From an uncultured Clostridia bacterium (GTDB taxonomy: Bacteria > Bacillota > Clostridia > TANB77 > RGIG9151), in the NCBI GenBank assembly GCA_934500865.1, contig CAKSUD010000002.1:1-54819 (forward strand): a stretch of 54,819 bases of DNA. Direction: 5' to 3'. The translations under genes were made by a program, and so were the position numbers. Position 1 is the stretch's first letter. Every line of letters starts with the position of its first letter. The notes below the pieces were generated by a model. The model was given only the letters and a program-made list of their open reading frames with translations, ran no database searches and was not told the DNA's origin. Positions 10,111 through 20,012 of this stretch are shown here, one piece after another.

Positions 10111-10119
10111 GGTGATATT

Positions 10120-11136
10120 ATGTTAAAGGTTGCAGTTATTGGTTGCGGAAGTATATCCTGTATGCATTTAGAACCGGCGGTAGCTTTGGAAGAAGCAGAG
10201 CTTGTTGCGGTTTGTGATATAAAGCCTGATAGGGCAGAGCATGCTGCTCAAAAATATAACGCTAAGCCGTATACAGATTATATGGGAATGTTCGAAAAAG
10301 AACAACTTGATGCGGTGCATATTTGTCTTCCTCATTATTTACATACAAAGGTTGCTTGTGACGCCTTTAAAAAGAGGATAAATGTACTTTCCGAAAAGCC
10401 AATGAGCATAAAGTACGAGGATGCCATAGAAGCGGTAGAATTAGCAGAAAAATGCGGCGTTAAGTATGGAGTGATTTTTCAGTGCCGGTATAACACACCT
10501 TCAATGCTTGTAAAACAGCGAATTGAGGACGGTAAACTCGGCAAAGTAAAATGTGGAAGAACAACCCTTACATGGTATCGCTCCGATAATTACTATGACC
10601 ATTCCGATTGGAAAGGTACATGGGAAAAGGAGGGTGGCGGCGTAATAATCGACCAAGCCATACACTCTATCGATCTTGCTAACTGGATGATAGACAGTAT
10701 ACCTATAGAAATTCAGGCATCGCTTCATAATCGCAACCACGAAAATATGGTAGTTGAGGATACGGGTGAAGGAATTATAAAGTATGAAAACGGAGTTCTT
10801 TTGTCCTTTTATGCTATGAATAATTATTTTGTTGACGAACCTATTGAAATAAGACTTGTTTGTGAAAATGGTAAGGCTATTTTCTCCTATGATAGAGCCG
10901 AAATCAGTTATAATGACGGCACATTTGAGGCGGTAAACAATATGCCGCAAAAAATGGTTTCGTATACGGGCGGTAAGGATTATTGGGGCACACAACACGC
11001 TGTTCAAATCAGACAGTTCTACCGTTCTGCATTAGGTCTTGAAGAACTTGAAATTTCAGGCAAAGAGGCTCTTAAAATTCAAAAAATCATTTGTGAAATT
11101 TATAAAAATGGCATAAAATATCTTAATAATAAATAA
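10120..11136 (+). CDS. Gfo/Idh/MocA family oxidoreductase (second copy)
   Basis: It has the Rossmann motif VAVIGCGSIS and the motif VLSEKPMSI. It is a paralogue of the 7749 gene. Confidence 0.88.
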   Translation: MLKVAVIGCGSISCMHLEPAVALEEAELVAVCDIKPDRAEHAAQKYNAKPYTDYMGMFEKEQLDAVHICLPHYLHTKVACDAFKKRINVLSEKPMSIKYEDAIEAVELAEKCGVKYGVIFQCRYNTPSMLVKQRIEDGKLGKVKCGRTTLTWYRSDNYYDHSDWKGTWEKEGGGVIIDQAIHSIDLANWMIDSIPIEIQASLHNRNHENMVVEDTGEGIIKYENGVLLSFYAMNNYFVDEPIEIRLVCENGKAIFSYDRAEISYNDGTFEAVNNMPQKMVSYTGGKDYWGTQHAVQIRQFYRSALGLEELEISGKEALKIQKIICEIYKNGIKYLNNK

Positions 11137-11148
11137 TTGCATTGTGCA

Positions 11149-11177
11149 GGCAGAATGTTATGTCATTCTGCCTTTTT
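11149..11177 (+). terminator. Rho-independent terminator
   Basis: GGCAGAATG (11149-11157) pairs with CATTCTGCC (11164-11172) and TTTTT follows. Confidence 0.85.
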
Positions 11178-11240
11178 GTTATATGACGGATTTTTGATGA
11201 TATAACAGTAAAGTTTTAGATAAAACTGCAAAAATACATA

Positions 11241-11300
11241 CAAATTTGCACCTTTTGTTATCAAATATGTATTTATTTTTCTAAACATATATATTATAAT
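11241..11300 (+). promoter_or_regulatory. Operator box copy 3 plus -10 promoter of the long transporter/enzyme operon
   Basis: The box is CAAATTTGCACCTTTTGTTATCAAATATGTATTT (11241-11274). TATAAT lies at 11295-11300 and again starts 21 nt after the box end. Confidence 0.7.
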
Positions 11301-11334
11301 TTTTTTATGATTTAGCAACTAGGAGTTGTATGTT

Positions 11335-13242
11335 ATGAAATTACGATATCCAGCGGTACCTATTGTTACTTGTACCCCTGATTTTAGTCTTTGGTCGACA
11401 AGTAATAATTTGACCGACTCAGATTTACAGCACTGGTCAAATGCAAGACAGCCTTTAAGAGGTGTGCTTAAAATAGATGGTAAGTCTTATGGGTTTCTAG
11501 GTAATACCGAATGTGAAAAAATGACACAGACAAATTGTAATGTTGATGTGTTTTCTACGGTTTATAGCTTTACCGCAAACGAGGTGGATCTAACTCTTAA
11601 ATTTACAACACCACTTCTTTTGGATGATTTAAAGGTAATGGCAAGACCGATTACTTATGTTGATATTGAGTGTGTGCGTAAAGATGGACAAAATACACCC
11701 ACTACAGTAGAACTTACAATGTTTGACAACGTGTGTGTGTTTGAAGGCGAAGAAAATGCATCTGTTGCTTGGACATCAAATGAATATGGATGTGTTTCTG
11801 CAAAGGTAGGTAACAAGGAGCAGAAACCTCTTTCATACGATGGAGATATGAAACCAACTAATTACGGTTATGCTTATATATCCGTAATTGAAAATACCGA
11901 TAAAGCTTCTGCACACGTGAACAAACTTTCAGATAAGAACGAAAGACATAGCATAACAGTTTCTGCCACAACCAATGATGGTGGTAAGTTTAATTTTATT
12001 TTGGCTTATGACTCAATTTATTCTATTGAGTATTTTGGCGAAAAGCTTGATTGCGTTTGGAAAAATGAAGTCGACACAATGGAAAAACTAATATCTATTG
12101 CTTTTAAAGAGCGTGAGCATATTTTAGAACGGTGTCAAAAGTTTGCTGCGGAATTAAAGGATGAAGCAATTGAAGAAGGTGGAGAAAAATACTGTGACTT
12201 GCTTACTCTTGCGTACCGCCAGACAATAGGTGCTCATATAATGGCCGAGGATAATGATGGTAATGTGCTCTTTATTTCGAAAGAATGTGGTAGTGGCGCA
12301 CACGGTGCAACGGTAGATGTTACATATCCGTCAACACCTCTTTTCCTTAAATATTGTCCTGAACTTATAAAGGGAATGGTTAGACCAATTTTTCGTTATG
12401 CTAAAACAGAGGAATGGTCAAATCTTTATAAATTTGCACCCCATGATGCAGGCTTTTATCCGAAAATAAATGGTCAGACATATCCGGAGGGTAGAGGACT
12501 TGACGCTGAAACGCAGATGCCTGTTGAAGAATGTGCTAATATGCTTGTTATAAGTGCGACACTTTCCAAAGCTGACGGAAATGCAGATTTTGCAAAGACA
12601 GAACGTCCACTCCTTAAACAGTGGTATGATTATTTGCTTGAGTTCGGTTATGACCCCGGTGAACAACTCTGTACAGACGATTTTGCAGGAAGGCTTTCTC
12701 ACAACTGCAATCTTTCAATTAAGGCGATAATGGGTATTGCATCCTATGGAATTATTTGTGATTATTTGGGTGAAAAGGAAGAAGCTGAAGAAGCTATGAA
12801 TATTGCTAAGGCCTTTGCACTTAAGTGGGTAGAGGACGCAAAGGCAGAAAACGGAACCTATCGCTTGTCATTTGATATTTCTGATAGCTTTAGTTTGAAG
12901 TATAATGCTATTTGGGATATGCTTTTTGACACAGAAATTTTCCCGAAGGATTGCTTTAAATACGAACTTAAATCTTACATAACAAACCATATGGATAAAT
13001 ACGGGACGCCTCTTGACAATCGTAAGGACTATGCTAAATCTGACTGGATTTTATGGTGTGCAACTATGATGGAATCAAGAGAAGATTTTGAAAAAATGAT
13101 TTCACCTTTATGGGATTTTTATAATGAGTGTGAGGCAAGAATACCTATGACAGATTTATATCACACAAGCGATGGAACTGTTCAACAGTTTAGAAACAGA
13201 ACTGTACAAGGCGGTTTATTTATTAAACTTTTAAAGTTTTAA
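11335..13242 (+). CDS. Glutaminase-A-like putative glycoside hydrolase (DUF5127/DUF4965/DUF1793 architecture)
   Basis: The N-terminus LRYPAVPIVTCTPDFSLWS...HWSNARQPLRGVLKIDGKSYGFLGN matches the signature I recall for this family. The length is about 635 aa. AGGAG lies upstream, and TTG 11326 is an alternative start. Confidence 0.65.
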   Translation: MKLRYPAVPIVTCTPDFSLWSTSNNLTDSDLQHWSNARQPLRGVLKIDGKSYGFLGNTECEKMTQTNCNVDVFSTVYSFTANEVDLTLKFTTPLLLDDLKVMARPITYVDIECVRKDGQNTPTTVELTMFDNVCVFEGEENASVAWTSNEYGCVSAKVGNKEQKPLSYDGDMKPTNYGYAYISVIENTDKASAHVNKLSDKNERHSITVSATTNDGGKFNFILAYDSIYSIEYFGEKLDCVWKNEVDTMEKLISIAFKEREHILERCQKFAAELKDEAIEEGGEKYCDLLTLAYRQTIGAHIMAEDNDGNVLFISKECGSGAHGATVDVTYPSTPLFLKYCPELIKGMVRPIFRYAKTEEWSNLYKFAPHDAGFYPKINGQTYPEGRGLDAETQMPVEECANMLVISATLSKADGNADFAKTERPLLKQWYDYLLEFGYDPGEQLCTDDFAGRLSHNCNLSIKAIMGIASYGIICDYLGEKEEAEEAMNIAKAFALKWVEDAKAENGTYRLSFDISDSFSLKYNAIWDMLFDTEIFPKDCFKYELKSYITNHMDKYGTPLDNRKDYAKSDWILWCATMMESREDFEKMISPLWDFYNECEARIPMTDLYHTSDGTVQQFRNRTVQGGLFIKLLKF

Positions 13243-13281
13243 TTTCTAAATAGTATCCTATTTTTTAGAAAGGAATGCGTT

Positions 13282-16086
13282 TTGCATAACAGAATTATGA
13301 ATAAAAGAATTTGTGCTTTGATTTGTGTAGTTGCTATCATTTTCTCGGCTTTATCCTGCGGATTAGTTGTAGTTGCTGATGATAAAAAAGAAAATATAAT
13401 AACAGTAGAGCAATACAATAAAAATGGTGTCAAATATACTTATCGCAACATATCGGATAATGGTTTGAAAATATCAAAGGGAGAAATTATCAGCGGTAAA
13501 TTCAATGTAGATAAAGCAGGCAACTATTATTTAAAAATTTACTATAAACAGGAAAATTCTGTTTATGGGATAACTAATGTGATAATAAGCCTTGATGGTA
13601 ACAAGATCTCAGAAAAGTATTTTTCATTGAAGCATATATGGCGTTATGCAGATGAGTATTTCGAGGATGCACAAAAAAATCAGATAGCACCAAAGCAAGA
13701 GCTTTATACCGATAAGGTATATGAGTTTATTTCTGATTCTGTTACTGATAACGCAGTAAAGTTTGAACTTTCTTCCGGTCCTCATGTCATAAGTGTTACA
13801 GCACTTGAGGAAGAATTTGTTATTTGCGGTATGGAACTTATCGAAATAACAAAAGCACCTACTTATGATCAATATTATAAATTATACGAAAGCAAAGGTG
13901 CTAAAAGGGTCGGCAAAGATGCTTCGTTTTATATTGAGGCAGAGGAAAAGGCTGTTAAATCTTCAAAGAGTATAGTAGTAGCTAATGACAGAAGCTCGGT
14001 GTCAGTAACACCGTATGATCCTGTTCTTGTTCGCTATAATGTAATAGGTGGTGATAGTTGGAACAGCATAGGTGACTGGATTGAGTGGACTGTAAAAGTA
14101 AAAGAAAGCGGCTTTTACGGAATTATGCTTCATGCAAATCAAAGTACAAAAATCAATGATAATTCATACCGGTGCCTTACAATAAACGGTAAAGTTCCCT
14201 TTAAAGAGGCAGAGCTTATAGAGTTCGTTTATGATAGAGGATGGAACAATATAGTTCTTGGAAATAAGAACGGAACTTACAACTTTTATTTTGAAAAGGG
14301 AAGGGAATATAAGTTAAGGCTTACCGCTTGTGCCGGTAAAACCAAGGAGCTTGTTGAAAGGGTATCGGAGCTTGTTACAGAGCTTAACAGGGACTATCTT
14401 GAAATACTTATGATTACAGGCTCATCTCCTGACATTTACCGTGATTATAAGTTTAAAAAAGTAATTCCGGATACACTCGAGAGCCTTGATAATATATGTA
14501 AAGAGTTGAAAAAGATAGAAGAGGAATGGTATAATTATTCCGAGGGCGGAGCCAGTCTTGCGGATATTCAGCAAATGTACGAGTTGCTTGAAGATATCGA
14601 AGAAGATCCGGATACATTAGCCTCAAGAATGAAACTTCTTACAAGCTATATTTCTTCTTTGCAGACATGGGTTTCAAACAGACAGGAACAACCGCTCAAG
14701 CTTGATTATATTTATATCTATTCCTTAGATGAAAAAATTGGCAATTCACAGGGCAACCTTTGGAAGATACTTTGGCATCATATACGTCAGTTTATCTCAT
14801 CTTTTACCACCGATTATTCGGCAATAGGTAACACCGAAAACACATTGGATAAAAAGCCAATAACCGTTTGGCTTGGTGCAGATGCAGCTATGATTTCTGC
14901 TACCACAGGCGGAACGGGCGGTCGTGACCAAGCACAGATAGTAACCCGTCTTACAACGAATGATTTTGTATCAACAAAGGGTATTCCTACTAAAGTTGAA
15001 CTTGTAAATGCAGGTACATTGCTTACAGCCGTACTTGCCGGTGTAGGTCCCGATGTAGCACTTGGTCTCAACCAAGCAACCCCTGTAAACTATGCACTTA
15101 GAAATTCGATTGTAGATTTAAGCAAATTAGAAGGTGTTGATGAAGTTTTAGAGCAATTTGACAAATCGGCATATGAGCCTTTTAAGTTGAACGGCGGCTT
15201 ATATGCTCTTCCGCAAAATCAGTCTTGGAATATGCTTTTTTACCGTAAGGATATTATAAAAAATCTTGGAATTACTACCGATGACCTTACTACGTGGGAT
15301 TCAATACTTAAAGATGTATTACCAATTTTGCAAATAAATTATCTTGAATTCGGTATACCGAATGAAATGGGTATGTATTTGTCATTTCTGTATCAGCGTG
15401 GCGGTCAGCTTTATTCTGATGACCATATGACAACCCTTATGAATTCACCCGAAGGTATATCGGCTTTTACAGATTATACAAATATGTTCCTTGAAAGCGG
15501 ACTGCCGGTAGCATATACCTTTGCTGACCGTTTTAGAAACGGTAGTATGCCTATCGGCGTTGCAGGTTATACAACATTTAACCAATTAGCAGTATATGCA
15601 CCCGAAATTGAAGGACTTTGGGCTATGCTTCCAATGCCGGGTACAATGCAGGAGGACGGTACTATAAACAATGTAACTACCACTTCTACCGAGGGTTGCG
15701 GAATCTTTAAAACAGATAACCTACAATCCTCTTGGGAGTTCTTAAAATGGTGGGTATCAGAAGAAACACAGCTTACCTTCTCACAGGAGCTTGAAACCTT
15801 GCTTGGTGCAGCAGGTCGAAATCCTACTGCAAATAAGCTTGCAAGAGAAAAACTGGGTTGGTCAGAAGAATTTAGAACAGCACTTATTAAGCAGTCTGAA
15901 AATCTTGTGGGTATACCTGAAATTGCCGGTGGATATTATACACCGAGATATTTTAGCTTTGCCTTTACAGATGTTGTTTACGGCGGAAAAAATGTTAACG
16001 AGGTTATAACACAGACTAAGAAGGAAATTGATGCAGAAATTGCAACAAAGACCGAAGAATTATTAGGTAAGGAGAAGAAAAAATAA
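13282..16086 (+). CDS. Giant extracellular solute-binding protein (N-terminal CBM-like region plus helical region, fused to a family-1 SBP domain)
   Basis: It has a signal/anchor segment ICALICVVAIIFSALSCGLVVVA. The N-terminal ~520 aa contain beta-sandwich-like segments. The C-terminal ~400 aa are typical of a sugar SBP (WLGADAA..., LYALPQNQSWNMLFYRKD). Its stop overlaps the start of the next permease gene (TAATG). ATG 13297 is an alternative start. Confidence 0.8.
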   Translation: MHNRIMNKRICALICVVAIIFSALSCGLVVVADDKKENIITVEQYNKNGVKYTYRNISDNGLKISKGEIISGKFNVDKAGNYYLKIYYKQENSVYGITNVIISLDGNKISEKYFSLKHIWRYADEYFEDAQKNQIAPKQELYTDKVYEFISDSVTDNAVKFELSSGPHVISVTALEEEFVICGMELIEITKAPTYDQYYKLYESKGAKRVGKDASFYIEAEEKAVKSSKSIVVANDRSSVSVTPYDPVLVRYNVIGGDSWNSIGDWIEWTVKVKESGFYGIMLHANQSTKINDNSYRCLTINGKVPFKEAELIEFVYDRGWNNIVLGNKNGTYNFYFEKGREYKLRLTACAGKTKELVERVSELVTELNRDYLEILMITGSSPDIYRDYKFKKVIPDTLESLDNICKELKKIEEEWYNYSEGGASLADIQQMYELLEDIEEDPDTLASRMKLLTSYISSLQTWVSNRQEQPLKLDYIYIYSLDEKIGNSQGNLWKILWHHIRQFISSFTTDYSAIGNTENTLDKKPITVWLGADAAMISATTGGTGGRDQAQIVTRLTTNDFVSTKGIPTKVELVNAGTLLTAVLAGVGPDVALGLNQATPVNYALRNSIVDLSKLEGVDEVLEQFDKSAYEPFKLNGGLYALPQNQSWNMLFYRKDIIKNLGITTDDLTTWDSILKDVLPILQINYLEFGIPNEMGMYLSFLYQRGGQLYSDDHMTTLMNSPEGISAFTDYTNMFLESGLPVAYTFADRFRNGSMPIGVAGYTTFNQLAVYAPEIEGLWAMLPMPGTMQEDGTINNVTTTSTEGCGIFKTDNLQSSWEFLKWWVSEETQLTFSQELETLLGAAGRNPTANKLAREKLGWSEEFRTALIKQSENLVGIPEIAGGYYTPRYFSFAFTDVVYGGKNVNEVITQTKKEIDAEIATKTEELLGKEKKK

Positions 16087-16982
16087 TGAAGCTTTCTTTT
16101 AAGAAAAATCGTGATGGAAGTTTTTCGTATGTAGCCTTAATGCTGCCTTATTTAATAATATTTTTCACATTTACCGTTTTGCCTGTTCTTATTTCAATGT
16201 TTTTAAGCTTTACAGATTTTAATGTAATGGAACTACCGGTTTTTACTGGACTTAAAAATTACCAGCGTCTGTTTATGGACGACCCGCTTTTTAAAACAGC
16301 ACTTACTAACACGCTTTTATTAGCTATTATAATAGGCCCTGGCGGTTACATACTTTCTTTCGGCTTTGCTTGGATTTTAAATGAATTTAATCCTAAACTT
16401 AGAAGTCTTTTGACGCTATTCTTGTATGCGCCTTCGATTAGCGGCGGTGCATATATGGTGTGGGCAATTATTTACAGTACTGACCGTTATGGTTGGCTTA
16501 ACAGTATTTTAATGAGCCTTGATATTATTTATGAGCCTATTGCTTGGACTACCGATACCAAATATATGTTCCCGGCAGCAGTAATATCTATTTTATGGAT
16601 GAGCCTCGGTACAAGTTTTTTGTCCTTTATTGCAGGTTTTCAGACTATTGACTCAAGGCTTTATGAGGCGGCAGCGGTTGACGGTATCAGAAACCGTTGG
16701 CAAGAGTTATGGTATATAACTCTACCTACAATGAAACCGCAACTTATGTTCGGTGCAGTTATGAGTATTACAGGCTCCTTCGGTGTTGGTGGTGAAATTT
16801 CAAGATTGTTCGGAAATCCCACAACAAACTATAAATTGTACACATTAGTTATGCAACTTGGTGACTATGGAACGAGCCGTTTTGAGATGGGTTACGCCTC
16901 TGCTATTGCTGTTGTACTGTTCTTCCTTATGATTGGTGCAAACGGACTTGTAAGCAAGATGCTTACAAAGGTTGGACAATAG
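16086..16982 (+). CDS. Carbohydrate ABC transporter permease (MalF-like)
   Basis: It has six TM segments and the EAA-type loop YEAAAVDGIRNRWQELWYITLP. Confidence 0.9.
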   Translation: MKLSFKKNRDGSFSYVALMLPYLIIFFTFTVLPVLISMFLSFTDFNVMELPVFTGLKNYQRLFMDDPLFKTALTNTLLLAIIIGPGGYILSFGFAWILNEFNPKLRSLLTLFLYAPSISGGAYMVWAIIYSTDRYGWLNSILMSLDIIYEPIAWTTDTKYMFPAAVISILWMSLGTSFLSFIAGFQTIDSRLYEAAAVDGIRNRWQELWYITLPTMKPQLMFGAVMSITGSFGVGGEISRLFGNPTTNYKLYTLVMQLGDYGTSRFEMGYASAIAVVLFFLMIGANGLVSKMLTKVGQ

Positions 16983-17013
16983 GAAATTTTAGAAAGGAGA
17001 AAAAGTTGTAAAT

Positions 17014-17883
17014 ATGAGGCTTGTAAATTTAATTACTAAAAAAAGCTTAAGTCGTTCTTTCGGCGGTACTATGGCACTACTTATCTTTATACTTTTGGTA
17101 GCAGCATTTATGCTCTTCCCAATGGTTTTGGTAATAGGCAACTCCTTTAAACCGCTTAATGAATTATGGCTATTCCCTCCAAGATTATTTCCTATAAAGC
17201 CAACAGTCAATAACTATCTTGACTTATTTAATTTGGTTGGTGACTCATTAGTTCCAATTACCCGTTATTTGTTTAATACAGTGTTCATTACTGTTGTTGG
17301 TACAGTATTACATATTATATTTTCTTCAATGTGCGCTTTTTCTTTGGCAAAGGGTAAATTTAGGGGTAGAGAAATTGTTTTTAAAATAATAGTTTTCAGT
17401 CTTATGTTCAGTGCTGCTGTTACAGCTATACCAAGCTATCTTATAATGGTAAAGCTTGGATGGATTGACTCACTTGCGGCTATTATAGTACCTGCTATCG
17501 GTTCACCGCTTGGCCTTTATCTTATGAAACAGTTTATGGAAACATCCATTCCGGACCAGATAATTGAAGCGGCAAAAGTTGATGGGGCAAGTGTATTTAC
17601 AATATTTAGGCGAATAGTTATGCCTAATACTAAGCCTGCTTGGATGACACTTATGCTGTTTTCTGTGCAGACTCTTTGGAATTTGGGTGCTAGCACATAT
17701 ATATTCAGTGAAGAAAATAAAACGTTAGTTTATGCACTTTCGCAAATTGCTGCGGGCGGTATATCCCGTACAGGTGTTGCAGCGGCAACTACCGTTGTTA
17801 TTATGCTTGTGCCGATAACAATATTTATTATAAGCCAATCCAATATTATGGAAACAATGGCAAGTTCAGGTATGAAGGATTGA
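17014..17883 (+). CDS. Carbohydrate ABC transporter permease (MalG-like)
   Basis: It has TM segments and the EAA loop IEAAKVDGASVFTIFRRIVMPNTKP. Confidence 0.9.
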   Translation: MRLVNLITKKSLSRSFGGTMALLIFILLVAAFMLFPMVLVIGNSFKPLNELWLFPPRLFPIKPTVNNYLDLFNLVGDSLVPITRYLFNTVFITVVGTVLHIIFSSMCAFSLAKGKFRGREIVFKIIVFSLMFSAAVTAIPSYLIMVKLGWIDSLAAIIVPAIGSPLGLYLMKQFMETSIPDQIIEAAKVDGASVFTIFRRIVMPNTKPAWMTLMLFSVQTLWNLGASTYIFSEENKTLVYALSQIAAGGISRTGVAAATTVVIMLVPITIFIISQSNIMETMASSGMKD

Positions 17884-17884
17884 G

Positions 17885-19969
17885 GTGAAACAGTTGAAGA
17901 AGATATTATCTATAATTTTGGCTGTTTGCTTTGCCGTACTTTGTATGTCCACTGCGGTCTATGCTGAAACGAGAAACAGTGCTGATTTAACAACTGTTTC
18001 TTACTCATACGATCTTTTGGATAGACCTTACGCAATACCCACACCATTTGTTTATTCTTATTCAATTAAGGGCGAAAGATTGGGCATTGGTTCTTTCAAA
18101 GGTGTATCAGATGTTTTTTATGATGATACAGATTCAACTATAATTATTACCGATAGCGGTAACAACCGCATAGTTATGCTTGACGGTGATATGGGTGTAA
18201 AAAAGCAGATAAGTGAATTTATTTATAACGGTAAAAAGGAAAACTTATCTAATCCTAAGAGTGCAATTATTAAAAGCGGTAAGTTATATATAGCCGATAC
18301 AGGAAATTCCCGAATAGTTGTTATGGAGCTTGACGGCAAAGTTATTACTGTACTAGAAAAGCCTAAAATCAATGCGTTAGGTAAGGACTATATTTACTCG
18401 CCTTATAAATTAGCGGTTGATGATGCAGGACATATTTATGTTGTTGCAAAGGATATTACAGATGGTATTATTTTGCTTGAGGCTGACGGTAAATTTATCG
18501 CTTTCTTCGGTGCACCTAAGGTTACAGTTTCTACTTGGGAGCAACTAAAAAAGCGTTTTATGACCAAGGAACAACGTAGTAAACTTTATAGCTCAATACC
18601 TACTGAATATAACAGTATAAGCATTGATAAAACTGGTTTTATTATAACAACCACACAATCGTTGGATGTTGCTCCGCTTTCAAGACTTAATCATATAGGT
18701 GAAAATATATTTGAAAAGAAATTAAATGTTCCTGCCGGTGATGAGGTTTACGCAAGTGTTTCTTCAACCTTTATCGATGCGGCAGAGGATAATTTCGGTA
18801 ATTATTTAGCGCTTGATAACCGTAGAGGTCGAATATTCGTATACGATAACAGCGGTACAATGCTTGCTTGCTTTGGCGGTAGCGGTGTGCAGAACGGTAC
18901 ATTCCATTCTGCTGACGCTATTGAAATGCTAGGCGAAAAAGTCGCTGTTGCTGATACTACGAGAAATACTATTGAGGTGTTTACTCCTACTGACTTTTGG
19001 TCTTGTCTGACTTCTGGCATTAAAAATATGAATGACGGTAATTATTCTGCTGCAAAGCCTTATTTTGAAAAGGTTATAAACCGTTGCTCTGCTTTTATTC
19101 CCGCACACTTGAATTTAGGTAGAATTGCTTATTCTGAGCAGGATTACCAGACTGCAATGAAGGAATTTAAGTATGCTGATGATAAGGATTATTATTCATT
19201 GGCATATAAGCAGGTAAGAAGTGATTTTATAAATAATAAATTTGGTATAGTTTTGGCGGTATTAGTTGCAGTAATAGTTCTTGTTGTAACGTATGTGAAT
19301 TTAGTTAAAAAATTTCCACAGCTTTCACTAACTTCAAAGCTTGCTGATAAACCGCTTTATAAAAAGTGGAAATATGTTGATTACTGTTCCTTCCATCCGT
19401 TTGACGGATTTTGGTGCGTAAGACGAGAGGGAATGGGTAGTCTTACAGTTGCAAACATAATTTTTGCTTTATTTATTCTGTTCTTTATGATAAGAACACA
19501 GTTTAGCTCATACCTGTTTAAAAACGGAAGTGAAAATGATGTTTTGGTACAGACACTCGGCATTGTTATACCGTTAATGTTATGGGTTATTATTAACTGG
19601 GCATTATCACCTTTCTTTGACGGAAAGGCAAGATTTAAGGATATGTATATTTCCATGTGTTACTCCTTAAAACCCTATTTACTTGCAAGTATTATTTTAT
19701 TCCCGCTAACCTTTTTCTTGGTTGCAGATGAAACTTTCGTTTATACAATTCTTGATAGCATTGTTTGGATATGGATGTTAGGTCTTATGTTCTTCGGTAT
19801 GATAACAGTTCAGGATTTCTCGCTTGGTAAAGGTGTTCTTAATACCGTGTTTACAATGGTTGGTATTGCACTTGTAGTGTTCTTGGGATTAATAATTGTA
19901 AATATTAGTCAGGAAATAATTACATATTTCACCGAGCTTATTTCAGAGGTTGAATACAGGATAACATAG
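17885..19969 (+). CDS. Secreted NHL-repeat beta-propeller / TPR / Yip1-domain polytopic membrane protein
   Basis: It has a signal peptide and NHL-like blades (ITDSGNNRIVMLD, IADTGNSRIVVME, VADTTRNTIEVF). A TPR-like segment and a TM helix follow. The C-terminus is a Yip1-type multi-TM domain starting HPFDGFWCVRREG. Confidence 0.8.
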   Translation: MKQLKKILSIILAVCFAVLCMSTAVYAETRNSADLTTVSYSYDLLDRPYAIPTPFVYSYSIKGERLGIGSFKGVSDVFYDDTDSTIIITDSGNNRIVMLDGDMGVKKQISEFIYNGKKENLSNPKSAIIKSGKLYIADTGNSRIVVMELDGKVITVLEKPKINALGKDYIYSPYKLAVDDAGHIYVVAKDITDGIILLEADGKFIAFFGAPKVTVSTWEQLKKRFMTKEQRSKLYSSIPTEYNSISIDKTGFIITTTQSLDVAPLSRLNHIGENIFEKKLNVPAGDEVYASVSSTFIDAAEDNFGNYLALDNRRGRIFVYDNSGTMLACFGGSGVQNGTFHSADAIEMLGEKVAVADTTRNTIEVFTPTDFWSCLTSGIKNMNDGNYSAAKPYFEKVINRCSAFIPAHLNLGRIAYSEQDYQTAMKEFKYADDKDYYSLAYKQVRSDFINNKFGIVLAVLVAVIVLVVTYVNLVKKFPQLSLTSKLADKPLYKKWKYVDYCSFHPFDGFWCVRREGMGSLTVANIIFALFILFFMIRTQFSSYLFKNGSENDVLVQTLGIVIPLMLWVIINWALSPFFDGKARFKDMYISMCYSLKPYLLASIILFPLTFFLVADETFVYTILDSIVWIWMLGLMFFGMITVQDFSLGKGVLNTVFTMVGIALVVFLGLIIVNISQEIITYFTELISEVEYRIT

Positions 19970-20012
19970 CGTAGGCTATATTCATTTTTTTAAAACAGAT
20001 AGGGAGGATAAG

